From the NCBI GenBank assembly GCA_050084515.1, contig CM114271.1:2170001-2234000 (forward strand): a DNA stretch of 64,000 bases, read 5' to 3'. The stretch is from Blasia pusilla (Eukaryota). A program made the position numbers and the translations under genes. Positions 1 through 13,203 of the stretch are shown here, piece by piece. Positions within the stretch are counted from its first letter, which is position 1. Every line of letters begins with the position of its first letter. A model generated the notes under the pieces. It had not been told where the DNA came from. It saw nothing but the letters and a program-made list of their open reading frames with translations, and did not search any database.

Positions 1-869
1 AAATCAAGGTTGGCGTCTTTTCTAAGAATCTGTGATTCTGATGAAATGTTAGCTGGTTTCTGCAGTGCAGTCTGAATAAAAAGACTTTCTTGATTATTGT
101 GGAAGAGTTGCTAGAACTTGCTCTGGTGAATCAATGTCTCACAATGTTTGTGCTGTTGCTGGCTGATCAGGTGTTGATGGCCACAAATCGGATTGACATC
201 CTTGATCAAGCCCTCCTTCGACCTGGCAGGATTGACCGCAAAATTGAGTTTCCTAATCCTACTGAGGAGGTATGTTCTTTCATATTGTTGCATACAGAAA
301 GTTAGTTCTAGGTTTGTGTGGATGTGATCGCCATCTCAGCCTTGATGGGATAGAGACTGGCTATTCTTTCTACCATCCTGTAACTCTGATAACTGCTTTG
401 TTGGTACAGTCTCGATTGGACATTCTCAAGATTCATTCAAGAAGGATGAACTTAATGCGTGGTATAGACTTAAAGAAAATTGCAGAGAAGATGGGCGGTG
501 CTTCTGGGGCTGAGTTGAAGGTAAGAAGTTACATGAAATTGTTTTTAGAGTGCTTTCTACACTACCTCATGGAGAGGCAGTGGAGAGAGGGACTGGGAAG
601 TAGCGAAAGTATTTGGAGAGGTTGGGAGAAATTTGTTGTGCCACAGTGTTTGTTCAAGGGTAAATACCAATCTCTACAGTTTCCATCCTTGGCATCACAA
701 TCTCACATGTTACTTTTGTGGGTGGCAGTCTGTCTGTACAGAAGCAGGAATGTTTGCATTGCGTGAACGCCGGGTTCATGTAACACAGGAAGATTTTGAG
801 ATGGCTGTAGCTAAGGTTATGAAGAAGGAAACAGAGAAGAATATGTCCCTTAAGAAGCTGTGGAAATAG
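1..869 (+). CDS. RPT6: 26S proteasome regulatory AAA-ATPase RPT6, 3' part (exons <1-8, 171-269, 410-520, 729-869)
   Basis: GT-AG introns 9-170, 270-409 and 521-728 splice in frame to ...[118 protein letters not shown]. This is the recognisable plant RPT6 C-terminus, including the AAA second region of homology. Confidence 0.96.
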
Positions 870-2112
870 TTTGATATTTCTAGGTGTCTCAAATGTAGAA
901 ACAAAATGTCTGATTGTAATGATAATTGCCATGATGCCTCATGACCCAAAAGAAAGTGAGTGCTGTTAACATTTCTTGCCTTAGTGCTCCCATTGGCTGG
1001 CTTGACCTGTTTCTGTACAGAAATTCATAGGAACTGTGAGGCTTCTGCTTGTATTTCTGTTCTTGTCTATATTCTGGTCTGACCCCGAGGAGTTCAGAGC
1101 CAGACAAAGAATGGTAGCCTGATATTCCTTCTGCAGATGTTGAGTGATACTTCATCAGTATTGTCATGGGATAATGTTTATAAAGAAAGTAGGTGCAGTA
1201 TGTGCATCTATGCTGCTTCTTGGGGGCTTGCCATCAACCCATCTCAAATCATCCACCGGTAGATAGTTTGGTGTGGTCAAATATTGTAGAGATCCTCTCT
1301 TATTGTCCTTGTGATCAGCTTCCATAGAATCAATTCACAAACTGCCATCCAGGTTGTGAATTGGTTGGTCATACGATTGTGTTGTGTGCATACATTCTTG
1401 CATTAGTCCTCTGAGGGAATTCTCTTTTTTTATCCTTAGTTACCTCGGGCATTTATTCACGTTAACAATTTTAATCCCTCCCTCCCTCCCTCCCTCCTGT
1501 TAACAATTGTGATCCTCCCCTCCCTCCACTCTCATAGTGTGCTCATGTTATTTGTCATTTTGTGCATTTTGGCCTTCATCCACTACATACCTGGTCAGAT
1601 GCACCCCTCCATGTCCTAAACGCATCAGCAAGTTTCTCATACCTTTTATTGATTGATGGGTAGTATGTAGAGTGGAAGAGCAGAGGTTAGGTTTGATGGC
1701 TAAGACTACACCAAACTCATCTAATCCTACTTAACATCTCAACAAAACAAGCTGTAGACTTCCGCGGATTGATGAAATGTACGTTCACAACAAATGGGTA
1801 CGACGAGAGGAGAATCCAGAAAAGTGCAGAGTATGGGGTCAAGAGTGTGGAATGCATGCGTTTCATGGCAGGATTCTTCCCAACTATACCTACCACAGGT
1901 AGAAAAAATATCATGAAAAAACTTGCATCAGGAATATTAAATGAAGACGTCATATCTCATTGGAAGTTATCTAGTTGGAATTGCCATGGGATAATGCCAA
2001 CCTACCTGCCATTCCACCTCCTTACCTTTAACTCACTCCGAACGATGAGCTTGGAGATGGAGACATGGAGAGTAGGGGGCAGTGACATGGGCAAATTGGA
2101 GTTAAGTGGAGT

Positions 2113-2467
2113 GGAGTAGGGTGGTGTGGCTTTTGTGCAAATTTTGGAGTGTGATCAAGCAGAAAACCAAAACCATATCAAAACGAGTGTGATATGAGAC
2201 TGATAGTCACTTTCAGCCAAAAGTATTGGAACTTGAGTGGGTGGTTTGTGGCTTTTGTGCAAATTTTGGAGTGTGCTCAAGTAGAAAACCACATCCAAGA
2301 CGAGTGTGATAGGAGACCATAGCCACTTTCAGTCCAAAGTATTGGAGTTTGAGTGGGTGGTTTGTGGTTTTTGTGCAAACTTTGGAGTGTGCTCAAGCAG
2401 AAAACCAAAACCACATCCAAAACGAGGGTGATAGGAGACCATAGCCACTTTCAGCCAAAAGTAATGG
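2113..2467. repeat. Three tandem copies of a ~116-122 bp unit
   Basis: The unit gggtggtttgtggcttttgtgcaaattttggagtgtg...agccactttcagccaaaagta recurs at ~2113, ~2235 and ~2351. Confidence 0.85.
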
Positions 2468-3074
2468 TTGTGTGAACTTTCACATGGGTATTGGTTGCTT
2501 GGTTGTGTGACTTGTGTTGTTGCGTCGTTGGTGGGTACGTCATGTGCCATGGGAAACGTGAGGACTGAATTTATGTGTTGAAGAATCCCACTTCAAATAC
2601 ATTTGTACAACTATCCTTGAATTTGGGTGTACTACGACCAAACTCTCCTCTTGGAGATTTAGGAGATTTTCATGGTCAAGAACATAGTTGGGAAGAATCC
2701 CAACAATCTTGCTTCACGTTGTACACATATTCTTGAAGGTTGGTCCACTACATATAAGAGGAGATTTTTTGGTGTGTTTGTTTTTTCCCCCTAACCCATA
2801 ATTTTGATTAGAATATTAATCTTATCTTGGCTTATAGTTGACCAAATAATTACCGTGACCAACATCATGTCATCCAGGATGTGATTTAATTACAATCTGG
2901 AAGAAAATGTGTCAATTTTTTACCATCAATTCTCTTACCATAAAAAGCCCTATTACTACCAAAACTCTCTTCTTGAAGATTATAATGAGGTTTTTTCTAA
3001 GGACGATGGCCTTAGTTTGAAGGAGTTTCTTCGGGTTAAATTAAAGGGTGGGTAGTGAAGCAATGACGATAAGA

Positions 3075-3076
<2 letters not shown>

Positions 3077-3140
<64 letters not shown>
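3077..3140. repeat. (AT)n microsatellite
   Basis: Uninterrupted AT run of about 64 bp. Confidence 0.98.
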
Positions 3141-3143
<3 letters not shown>

Positions 3144-3976
3144 AATACTAGCTTAGATATTAATTTGTCTCTCTCACAACACATTGAAATTGTTGATTTT
3201 TTTTGGAGCTTCAATTTGGGGATCTTGGTATGGTTTGTCTTGTCCTTGGTAAAATTGATGAAATAAATAATGGGAAATAAATTGAGAAATAAAAATTGGG
3301 AATGAGGAGTTGGGTTAGGTCATAAAACTCCCCAAAATCCAAACTTTTCCATAACAGTTTGGAAAATTTTCACGACAAGATATTCTTGTAAACAACATCA
3401 TATGTTGCAAAGTTGAACTTGAATTACTAGGGCTACTTAAACTTCCCATTATGGGGAGGTTATGAAAAAAATAATTTTAGATGTGGAAGACAAACCTAAA
3501 ATTATTTTTACCACAACACGCGGGATATTAAAAAGTTACTATTTCTTTTAGAAACAAGTAAAAATGGAAGCTATTTGTTTAGAACGAAGATAAAAGTATC
3601 TTTCTAAGGGTTTTTTTTTCTTCGTAACACTGAGGAAGGCTACATAAAGAGGTACCTTGTTTGGTTATGAAATTTTTTTGTAAAATGAAGTTGTGGGAGT
3701 CTATGGGGAAGGGCTCTGAGTAACAATGCTAATTCTTTTCCATACTCACAATTTTATTTCCATGAGCTTAAAAACTATTGTTTCCCTTAGGTCCCTTGAA
3801 GCAAGTACTTTTTGGGTATGTCAACCAAAGGGTCGAGGAAGACCCGCTAATATTTGTGGAAGATGTGAGTGTTCACTTATACTATACAAGCAACCTCTTC
3901 TTGACAAGTCAACCAAGTTATGTCTCGAGATGGCTTTTGCCGGTTGGGCGATGAGGATGGTTGCTGATAATACACA

Positions 3977-4215
3977 CTAGGAAGGTGCTCGTGCGATGCA
4001 CGGAAATAGAATACTGGTTGAAGAACTTTTGTTAGTGTATAGCTCGTGAAGGGAAGGGACTAATGATGAAGGAATTAATGATGTTGCACAAAAATTCATT
4101 TTTTTCCTTGCTGCCCGTAGTATGTGAAACATTTTCTTGCTGCCCAATTGCCATGTGTCAAACAAAGAAGTGTTTGCATATCAAGAAGGCACTCTCCCAT
4201 AATAATATAGATTTT
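3977..4215 (-). mobile_element. Helitron-like 3' terminus (non-autonomous)
   Basis: The minus strand reads cgtgc-atc-gcacg (hairpin), a short spacer, then CTAG|T at 3980-3977. The adjacent 4081-4215 is homologous to 8381-8505, which lies next to a second such end. Confidence 0.6.
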
Positions 4216-5339
4216 GATTTGGTTTGTTGAACTACGAGTTTTTAAGGTTATGTGATGGATATTGTAGAAAGAATCAAGGAGTTATGTTAGGTAATGAGAT
4301 ATGCAACCGATTGCTCTATCCTTTTTATAGTGGATTTTTTTTCATATTTACATTTATCTTTTGATACTTTCATGAAAACATTTTCTTACCATTTCATTAG
4401 AATCATAAACTTGTCCCTTCTCATAGTCCCTCTCTTTCCATTGTTACCACTTATTATCAATAATGGATCTTGACAGGATTACAGTATGCACAAGCATTGG
4501 CATTGATACGGTAGGTTGGAACAATGGATGGCCATTAATATTCGTGTAAGATTTATTTCAAATGATAGATTACTTAAGTTATTGAGGTATTTTTTGATTT
4601 GGCTTGTTACCATCTTCTTTTTGGATTTTCGTCTTCTTCCCCTCGTGGGATCTTGTTTACTTTCTTTGTCCTCTTATAAGTTTTGGTTACATAACAAAGT
4701 GGATGCTCCCTACTACAATTGTTGGAGATACAATAACTTCCATCTATAATAATCGTTCCTATCTCCAACAAGTTCCATCTAGAGTAAATAATGCTCCTTA
4801 AGAACATCTATCATATATAAGGAATTAAGACCACTTCATGACATGCCCTTATAGAGGATCTCAAAGGCTTATATTAGTGAAAGTAACTATGGGATTTACC
4901 CTCCCTAGGTGTCATGTTGGAAAGAGGAATTAAAAAACTCCTTATTGAAAAAGAAAGAAGACATGTATTAGTGGAGTTTTGAATGTGGACGTATGATCTA
5001 TATCATTTTGGGAGAGTGCTTTCTTGATTTGCAAAGTCTTTGACGACGAGAAAAAATGTTTTCTTTGTGAACAAAAATTGTGACCCTATTAATCCCATTG
5101 CCCACTAGTTGAATTAAAAATGAAATAAATAAAATGAAATATATTACGAGAGTCTAAATGGTAACGTATAATTAAATATTAAAAAGGAACGTATAATTAA
5201 CTGTTAAAAAGGAGAGAAAAAGACACATATTACGGGAGCTCCGAGGGTCTTATTGACACCCCCTCATAGCGCGTTTGATTTGTTTGCCATTGTGTATAGA
5301 TCATTGAGTCCGGAATCCGCAAACGCGCCATGGGGTGAA

Positions 5340-6385
5340 TGGGGAATTTGAATGGGATGAAGCGCAGAAACGAGACTGCACTCATTTGGAGGATGGACCG
5401 CAAACAAGAGTACGCTGATTGGAAGGGAATGCAGCGCAAGAACAAGATTGCGCTGGTTTGAATGGGATGAAGCGCAAGAACAAGATTGCGCTCGCTGGTT
5501 TGAATGGGATGAAGCGCAAAAACGAGACTGCACTGATTTAGAACAAGATTGCGCGGATATGAATGGAATGAAACGCAAAAACGAGACTGCACTGATTTGG
5601 AACAAGATTGCGCTGATTTGAATGGAATGAAGCGCAGAAACGAGACTGCACTGATTTGGAACAAGATTGCGCTGATTTGAATGGAATGAAGCGCAAAAAC
5701 GAGACTGCACTGATTTCGAACAAGATTGCGCTGATTTGAATGGAATGAAGCGAAAAAACGAGACTGCGCTGATTTGGAGGATGAAGCGGAAAACGAGTCT
5801 GCGCTGATTTGAATGGGATGAAGCGCAGAAACGAGACTGCGCTGATTTGGAGGATGAAGCGGAAAACGAGCCTGGACCGATTCGGAGGATGAACCGTAAA
5901 CAAGATTGCGCTGATTCCAATGGGATGAAGCGCAAAATTAAGATCGCGCTGCTGATATGAATGCAGAACGGCGAGGGAAAGTGGGCTGAATTGGGTCCAG
6001 GACCTCGGACAAGAGTGCGCTGATTTGGAGGGCTTGAACTGCAAAATGAAGATTGCGCTTCGCTGTTTGGAATGGGAGAAACTGCAAACAGTACTGCGCT
6101 GCGGTGATTTGGATGGGAAGATCGTAGCAAGTGGAATCCAGAACCTTAAGAAAGAATGCCCTGATTTGAATGGGATGAACTACAAAATCAAGAATGCGCT
6201 GATTAGAATTCGGAGCCGCAAAAAAGACTGCGCCGATTTGGACGGGGGGATCATGGCTAGTTGAATTTAGAACGGCACAAGAGATTTGGATCGGAAGGTC
6301 ATAGCGAGTTGTATCCAGAACCGCAAGAAAACTGCGGTGATTTGGATTTGAAGAACTGCAAACAGGACTGCGGTGATTCGGATGA
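5340..6385. repeat. Minisatellite with ~59-bp core units decaying into ~30-bp variants
   Basis: The unit gatttgaatggaatgaagcgca(g/a)aaacgagactgcactgatttggaacaagattgcgct has a 59-bp period at ~5495-5760. Degenerate ctgcgctgatttgga... variants continue to ~6385. Confidence 0.9.
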
Positions 6386-6689
6386 AAGAATTGCAAATAA
6401 TGGAAAAACGTAAAATAAAGCTAATGAAGCCTGACCATGTACACCGTCTTTTTTACACTCATGTTGCATTCGACCGGCGTCCGGAAAGAGATACACAGAT
6501 CGCGCCATGCAACGAGGATGTGGAGAGAGTAGAGCCGCCTCTAATCAAGGGCCGACTCACAAGGATCCAAATCAGCGAAGCCTCGTTTGTAGATGGATTC
6601 AACTTGCAGTTGTTCCCATCCAAGTCGGCGAGGGTTTTGCTCTCGTTCCGGTTTCGTTTCCTTATGCTCTTTACCTTCTACTGGAATCC

Positions 6690-7800
6690 CCAGCATTGTG
6701 TCCAAGGCCATAAATCTCTCCAAGAGACTGCAACGACGCATCGAGCGAGAGTGCCATTTGAACGGCATTCAAAGCGGCAATTCTGCTGTGGATTTTTTCG
6801 AATCTCGCTAGAGAATGTACGCTCGCTATTTTCCCGCTCTCACATGATTCGCATCTCGAGACCCTTTTGATTGATCCTATCGACTTTGATCCAGGAGCGG
6901 ATGGTCATTTCAGAAGTTCATGTCGATCTAGCAATTAGAAAAGCGGAGATGGATAGGGTAGTGGATCAGCGACCTCCCGAGAAGATATCACACATCCAGC
7001 TAACGATTTCGCTGACCTCTCGGTCTCACATGCTTCGCTTCTCAAGACCATTTGAATTCCCTCCGACCGACATTGATCCATGAGCGTTTCGCCATTTGAA
7101 GAGTTCAGGTCGACCTTGAATCTGAAGAAAGCGAAGGAGACGGTAGTGGATCGGGCACATACCAAGGAAACAGAACCACTTCACAAGCGAACAATATCGC
7201 TGATCTCTCAGCCTCACAGGATTCACATCTCAAGACGATTCCAATCCACTCAGATCAATACTGACGGACAAGCGGATTCCTATTCCAAGAGTCGATGTCG
7301 ACCTTGAATTTGGGAAAAGCGTGCAAGGGATATGGCAGTGCATCCGGGACCTCCCAAGACGCTGGTACACAGCAATCAAGCCGTGCTGACCTCTCGGTCC
7401 CACATGCGTCGGCTCTCAAGACCATGTCAAATCCCTCCCATCAGCGCCGATCTATGAGCAGATGTCTCTTTCAAGAGCCGATGACCACCGTGAATACGAA
7501 AAAGGCAACAAAGAAGGATGTGGTAGTGCACCGGCGATGTCCCAAGAATCGTCTCGCTGACCTCCTGGTCTCACACGATTCGCATCTCAGGAAGATTTCA
7601 AATCACTCCGATCAAGACCATTTCAAGTCAGCCACTGGTTCCGCTCGACATTGATCCAAGAGCAGAAAGCTATTCATGACATTTCATGTGGACCTTGAAC
7701 GTCAACAAATCAAGGAAGGGATATGATACCGGATCAGCGAGTTCCCAAGAAGTCGCTCACTGCAAAGAAGAGTCCATCTCGCCGCCCTCGATCTCGCTCA
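6690..7800. repeat. Degenerate ~187-bp tandem repeat (~5-6 units)
   Basis: The anchor tcacatgattcgcatctc(g/a)agacc and its variants occur at ~6840, 7027, 7214, 7400 and 7571. Confidence 0.7.
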
Positions 7801-8337
7801 TGAGCAAGCGCAAGCCCAAGCGAGGACTCCACTCTGGCGACGGAAATCTTCGCAGCCTCAATCGGTACAACCATCCATCATGGCGTTACGAGAATTGGTT
7901 GCTTTCAGCGAACGCATCCCGCCAAGAAAAAAACCTGTCACCTGGATTTCTCCATAGCCATCTTCGTCATCATCTCACGATTTTCAAAATCCTCTTTCTT
8001 TCTTGACATGTCACCTTGCCAATCAGAAAATGCCTTCACTCCACTTTATGATAAGAAAATCTTAGAGACTTATGCCATGTGGATGCAGATTTAGAGGTAA
8101 TATGTGCCTACATGACTTGAAAAAACCAAAAGAGTAATTAGTTAATTCCCATAATTTCATAACTACATCCTATACTTACTTGTTTTTTTTTGGCCATCTA
8201 GATTATCCACGTGCTCATATATGTTAATCATTTTCTTCAGTCTATTTTCTTGCTTTCATGTCAAAAAAACACTAGTGTAGAATCCGTGCTAACTATTTTC
8301 TTGAGTTGATATTCTTGCTCTTCATGTTAAGAAAACA

Positions 8338-8505
8338 CTAGTGTACAATCCGTGCATGGCACGGGAGTGAAGGGACTATCGTGCTGCGCAAAAAATTAAA
8401 ATTTGTTCGTGGTGCCCGTAGTTTGAGAAATATTTCTTTGATGTCCAATTGTCACGGGTGCTTACAAATCAATAAGTCACTCTCCAATAATAGTATAGAT
8501 TTTTT
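8338..8505 (-). mobile_element. Helitron-like 3' terminus (second copy)
   Basis: The minus strand has a ccgtgc-cat-gcacgg hairpin (8350-8364), an 8-nt spacer, then CTAG|T (8341-8338). A partial duplicate of this end lies at ~8265-8289. Confidence 0.65.
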
Positions 8506-9504
8506 AAATGCCATGTGTTTGCAACTCAAGAAGCTATCCTCCATGAATTGTAGAGATGAGGACAATAAGAAAATGTTTGCATTCCATTAAATGGATAGAA
8601 AATCTTAGATTATCTATGCCATGTAGATTTTGACTTACAAGCCAATAAGAAAATCTTAGAGGTCATGTGTGTTTATTGGGAGTGATTTAATTCACGACCA
8701 GTAATGCATATTGGTGGTGGTTACTTCTTGACCTTGAGATTTGCATCCATCCAACCCATAGTGTGAACCATGGATGATATTAATACTGCCCAATTCTTAA
8801 GTCATCTTATTATTTGGGTTCAACCATTAGAACTTTAAAGATCCTTAGGGACACGATCACAAGAGAATGAGTATTGTGTTATTGACATAATTTTATTTGC
8901 AAAGCATTACAAATTATTTTTTTGGGTTTTTTTTGGGCCGCAGAGATTGGCGATTTTTTTTAATGGTGATGTATAGTTGATAGAATATTTTCTGAGATGG
9001 TTATTTCCAACAAAGAAATCTAGTAAAAAATTAACATCATAGAGGTATGAAACCTAGAAAATAATCAGTTTCAATTTATAGGGTTACAAAGTTCAAGTTC
9101 CAATCATATATTAAAAAGAGTAACAAAAGAGGTAAGGTGCCACATCATATTTCCTTATGGAGATGAACTTCACTACTTTTGGACAAACGTACACATATAT
9201 CATCCTCCTAAGAGACGTTTTCATTTTCGAAATTTTTTTAATGTATTTATTGGTAAAATAAATGATAAATAATATTCATTAATAAAAATTTTACTCAATT
9301 TTCTTGCGCATAATGGAATAAAATATTGAATAAAAAAGGTGCAAATTTTTTTAGAGGATCATTTAATTTAGTATAGACGCTGTGTTCTATTGCTCTCATT
9401 CTCCCCTTTTTGTGAAAATAAAAAGAGAGGTTAGAAAATTCCTAAGTTAGAGCCTAATCCGTGGTAATAAGAATAATGATTAGTAATTGAGAAAAAAGAG
9501 GGAA

Positions 9505-10022
9505 GAACCCCTCTAAGTCAAAATCTCACTAGTAGCTATTATCAAGTTTGAAAGCGTCCAGAAAGCCCGAAGGGAAAAAAATAAACTTTCTCATCAAATA
9601 TTCTCGTCTAGACCTCTCTAGAGAATTGTGAATCTTTGTCAAGAATCATTTTTGCTGATCGAGAATCATCAAAATCTTCAAGACCCCCTTTAAGGCGAAT
9701 ATGGACCTTTCACGAATATTCACATCAATCCATAAGTGCCATGAAGACCTCAAAGACCCCTTTAACGGTGGAAAGTGAAGCTTTCTCATTTATACGCATA
9801 TACATATATTCTCGTGACTCGAAAAATGTCAATGCCTCGAAGACCCCTTTAAGAGAAATATCAACGTTTCTTGCTCTTAAAACAATCTCGTCAATCGAGA
9901 AAAGTGAAGATATATCTCTAAAGACCCCTCTAACGTAAGCGAGAATCTCATGCTTTCTCTCATGAATTCTTTTTCACCCAAAGATTCTTGTGAATCCACA
10001 ATTTTCAAAGACCCCTCTAAAA
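9505..10022. repeat. Periodic aagacccct(c/t)taa motif, ~70-105 bp spacing
   Basis: The motif or a close variant occurs at ~9505, 9610, 9680, 9753, 9840, 9920 and 10008. It resembles subterminal repeats of a DNA transposon. Confidence 0.6.
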
Positions 10023-10135
10023 GAACAACGAAACTTTCTCTCCAATATTTTTGTGTTTCCTTCCCTCTAGCAAAAGTGGAATCCATCCACCTCATCACGA
10101 GAAACGGACCACCTTCGATTATTTGACCTGTTAAG

Positions 10136-10230
10136 AAACCCTCTCTTTTCCTAGTCACGTTTGTAAAATGAGAGGGTTAAAGGGTTTGCCCCTCTCATTT
10201 TACAAACATGACTAGGAAAAGAGAGGGTTT
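10136..10230. repeat. Near-perfect 41-bp inverted repeat with a 13-nt loop
   Basis: aaaccctctcttttcctagtcacgtttgtaaaatgagaggg (10136-10176) matches the reverse complement of 10190-10230 with one mismatch. Confidence 0.92.
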
Positions 10231-11543
10231 ATCTCGTCATTATGAATAGTCGTGTTGTTTGGGGGGAGCATTGTCACGATGGAAGGAATGGGTTAAGTTG
10301 GGGATGGAGTTGTGTTCGAGATGATGATGGAAGAAGAAAAACCGAAAGACCTCCTCTTGAGATACTATTCCTCACCATTTGAAGGGGTTTTCTCGAGGAG
10401 GAGGAGGATGAGGATGTTGTAACCAGAAAGTTAGTAAACTCATGGGGAGACCAAGAAGTCCTCATAGACTAGAATGCCAAGAGAGACGATCGATAAAGTT
10501 GAGTTGTGGAGGGAGCAAAAGTACTTTTGTGGACTTTAGATTCCAAGACCAAAAATCTTTGTAAGACCCTTTTTGGCATGTGTGGTAATTAATAATACTT
10601 CTCAAGTTGCAAAAGGTTCAAGCATTGGAGGGCTCTCATCGTGAGATTAAATTGTGGTGAGAAGGTGGAGAACACGAATAGTGACACATGTTTTCATACA
10701 TCTTAAGGTTGCCACCTGGACAATTGGTAGATACATAAGATCAGGACCTAAGAAGTGGTACTCACTAGTGATCCCTTTTCTATGGGATAGTGTACTAAGA
10801 CACGTTTAGGTGCTGGCCCCATACCCCCTCATTAACCAAAGTGGGAAGCAAAAATGGGAAGCAAAAATGGATCCTATGATTATATCCAGACGATATTGTA
10901 TATGTAGTACATATGAAATTTATATTCGTAATGACAGGTGTCATGAGGGGAGCATGTTTGGCACCACGTGTCCTCCCATGAGAATATAGAGTCTATTCAT
11001 TGAAAAGGCTACGAAACCTTTGAATCCTCTCTGCATTGGCTACGGCCGATGGCCGTAAATCCCCAACTGAGACGCCCGCACACAAATCCTCTCGAGTTGC
11101 AGGATTTCCCGTAAGGTCCCCCGTTTCCCGTTTCGTGAGATGACCATTTGGCGGAGAAAGGTGCGCCACGGGACTCGGAGGAGTATCCGTTTAGGCGACT
11201 TCCGCAGTGGGAACGCGCTCAGTGAAAGAGTTATGCGCCGAGAGTCTGCGCGGTAAGTCAAAACCAGAGGTATCATTCCGCGCGGAATCTGGGAAGTCAA
11301 AGATTCCGTGTCGTGTGAAAAGAAACGATCCAAAACTGACGCCCTTGAGAAGATCTTTTCGGTGATGCAAGTCGTCCTCTCCGCCTCACGATATGATCTT
11401 ATTCATGATGACGGAACGTTGGACGGGGAACTTCCCGTCATCCGACAGAGTTGCACCTCCCGGGGAAGTTGGACGGCGAACTAGGGAGACATAGAAATTA
11501 TACCTCCCGGGCGTCTAGGAGGTCATTCCCGTAAGTTTTCTAA

Positions 11544-11749
11544 GGGCCTTATCCCATAGACGCCATGACCCTGGTTTACGCGACCAAAGTAAGTTCCCAT
11601 TGAATAATAGAGTGAAATACATCGATCTTTAATAATTGCTTCCGGTTATAGTCATATGGTAGATGTTGGATCCGCCCAAAAGTTTTGGGTGCAAAAAAAG
11701 TGCGGACCCTCTAAGGTCGTCACGACCGGGAATGCATGGGATAAGGCCC
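11544..11749. mobile_element. Tourist-like (PIF/Harbinger) MITE, 206 bp
   Basis: Perfect 14-bp TIRs gggccttatcccat / atgggataaggccc, flanked by TAA at 11541-11543 and 11750-11752. Confidence 0.85.
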
Positions 11750-12525
11750 TAACATGAGTTGATATGACATTTAGGGGTTAGGGCTTTTGTTACAGAGAAA
11801 TTGTATTTTGGGCGATGATTTTTTCCAAATTAATTCTAAACAGATTGGAAATTCTTAATTTCTATTCCTAGTGCCCATAGATTCCCGCAACACTAATGTC
11901 CTTCCTACCATGTAACTAAGTGCAATAGAGATCAGCTTCTGGAAAGTGACCCGTGAAAGTCCTTTTTTTATTGGAACCGGGCCCATGATTTGTACTTGGA
12001 TATGGCATGAGCCACACTCACCGCCAGTCGGTCAAACCGACGTGCCATAGGGCTCTTGTATGGAAAAGAGTTTGGCAGACTCCATCCAAAGATGAGCAGA
12101 TGGAGTATGCCAAATTTTTTTTTGTATGTGCGTTGGCCGGATACATACATACACATCATGTTGAAAGAGAGATGATTTCAGTTAGATTTGTAGTCCATGG
12201 GAAGCCTAGAGGCGTATGGACCCCTTCCATATGTGATACTAGTATAGCATTCTTCAAGTCCAAATTTCAAATATTTCCATTTGGGTTTCCCATAAAAGAG
12301 ATTTTTTTTCTTCAGGCTTAGACTCTTGACCATGACAAGCACACAAGGCATTTTCTCTCTTCCGCACGCGTCATCCATGTCCTAGGTAGGGGGGGTACCA
12401 TTGCCCATGGTGGGAATTGAATTGATGTCTACTTTGAATGGACCTTAAATCAGTTCCAATATACCACTTGGTCATCATGCAATAGATGATGTGTGAGGGA
12501 GAGAGAATGCACACAATATTCATCA

Positions 12526-12729
12526 TCTATATTATTATTTGAGGAGCGTTTCTCAAATGGCGACAGCTTGAGCGTTCATCACGTAATTTTTTAAAATCAG
12601 AAACATATGACCCATGGCATCTATGTTTATCATATAAAATAGGTTTTTAGTAACTTACTTCTAGGAACCCATGCGTTTAGGGTTACAATGACCTTGTGAT
12701 GCACAAAATCTCTCACGGATCCTAACTAG
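12526..12729 (+). mobile_element. Possible ~200-bp non-autonomous Helitron
   Basis: Starts A|TCTATATTATT and ends ...tcacggatcctaaCTAG|T. The 3' hairpin is degenerate, so the call is weak. Confidence 0.3.
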
Positions 12730-13203
12730 TTCTCTCCAAAGTGCGAATTACACTGGATACATTGTGTCGAAAACAAGAATCAGATAAAATCTTTCCCTCA
12801 TGTCGCCTAGCTTGAAGCTATGGTAAGTGAGTGCCTTCAGCTTAGATTGCCATAGCATGAACATGGTAAAGATCCTCTTTCTAACCAAGTAGGTTATTTT
12901 AATTTTATTCTATAAATAATTTAATAAATGTAATAAATTCACTACTACGGCTATAAATGGGCTCACCATACTTTTCCTGAGAATTGACCATAAAATTGAC
13001 TAGCCCTTAACTCAACCACAGAAGCAGGACGGGTAGACACGTAGTAAACAACGCAAACGCAACTTTGCACGAGCACCGCAAACGTCACTGGGAGACGACC
13101 GGCCGCAGCATTTTGCACATCCGCCGACTGAGAAACAGAGGCAGACTGAGGAAAGAGTGAGTCATGGATGCGACAAGGGTCTGTCCGTGAAGGTCCGTCC
13201 AGG

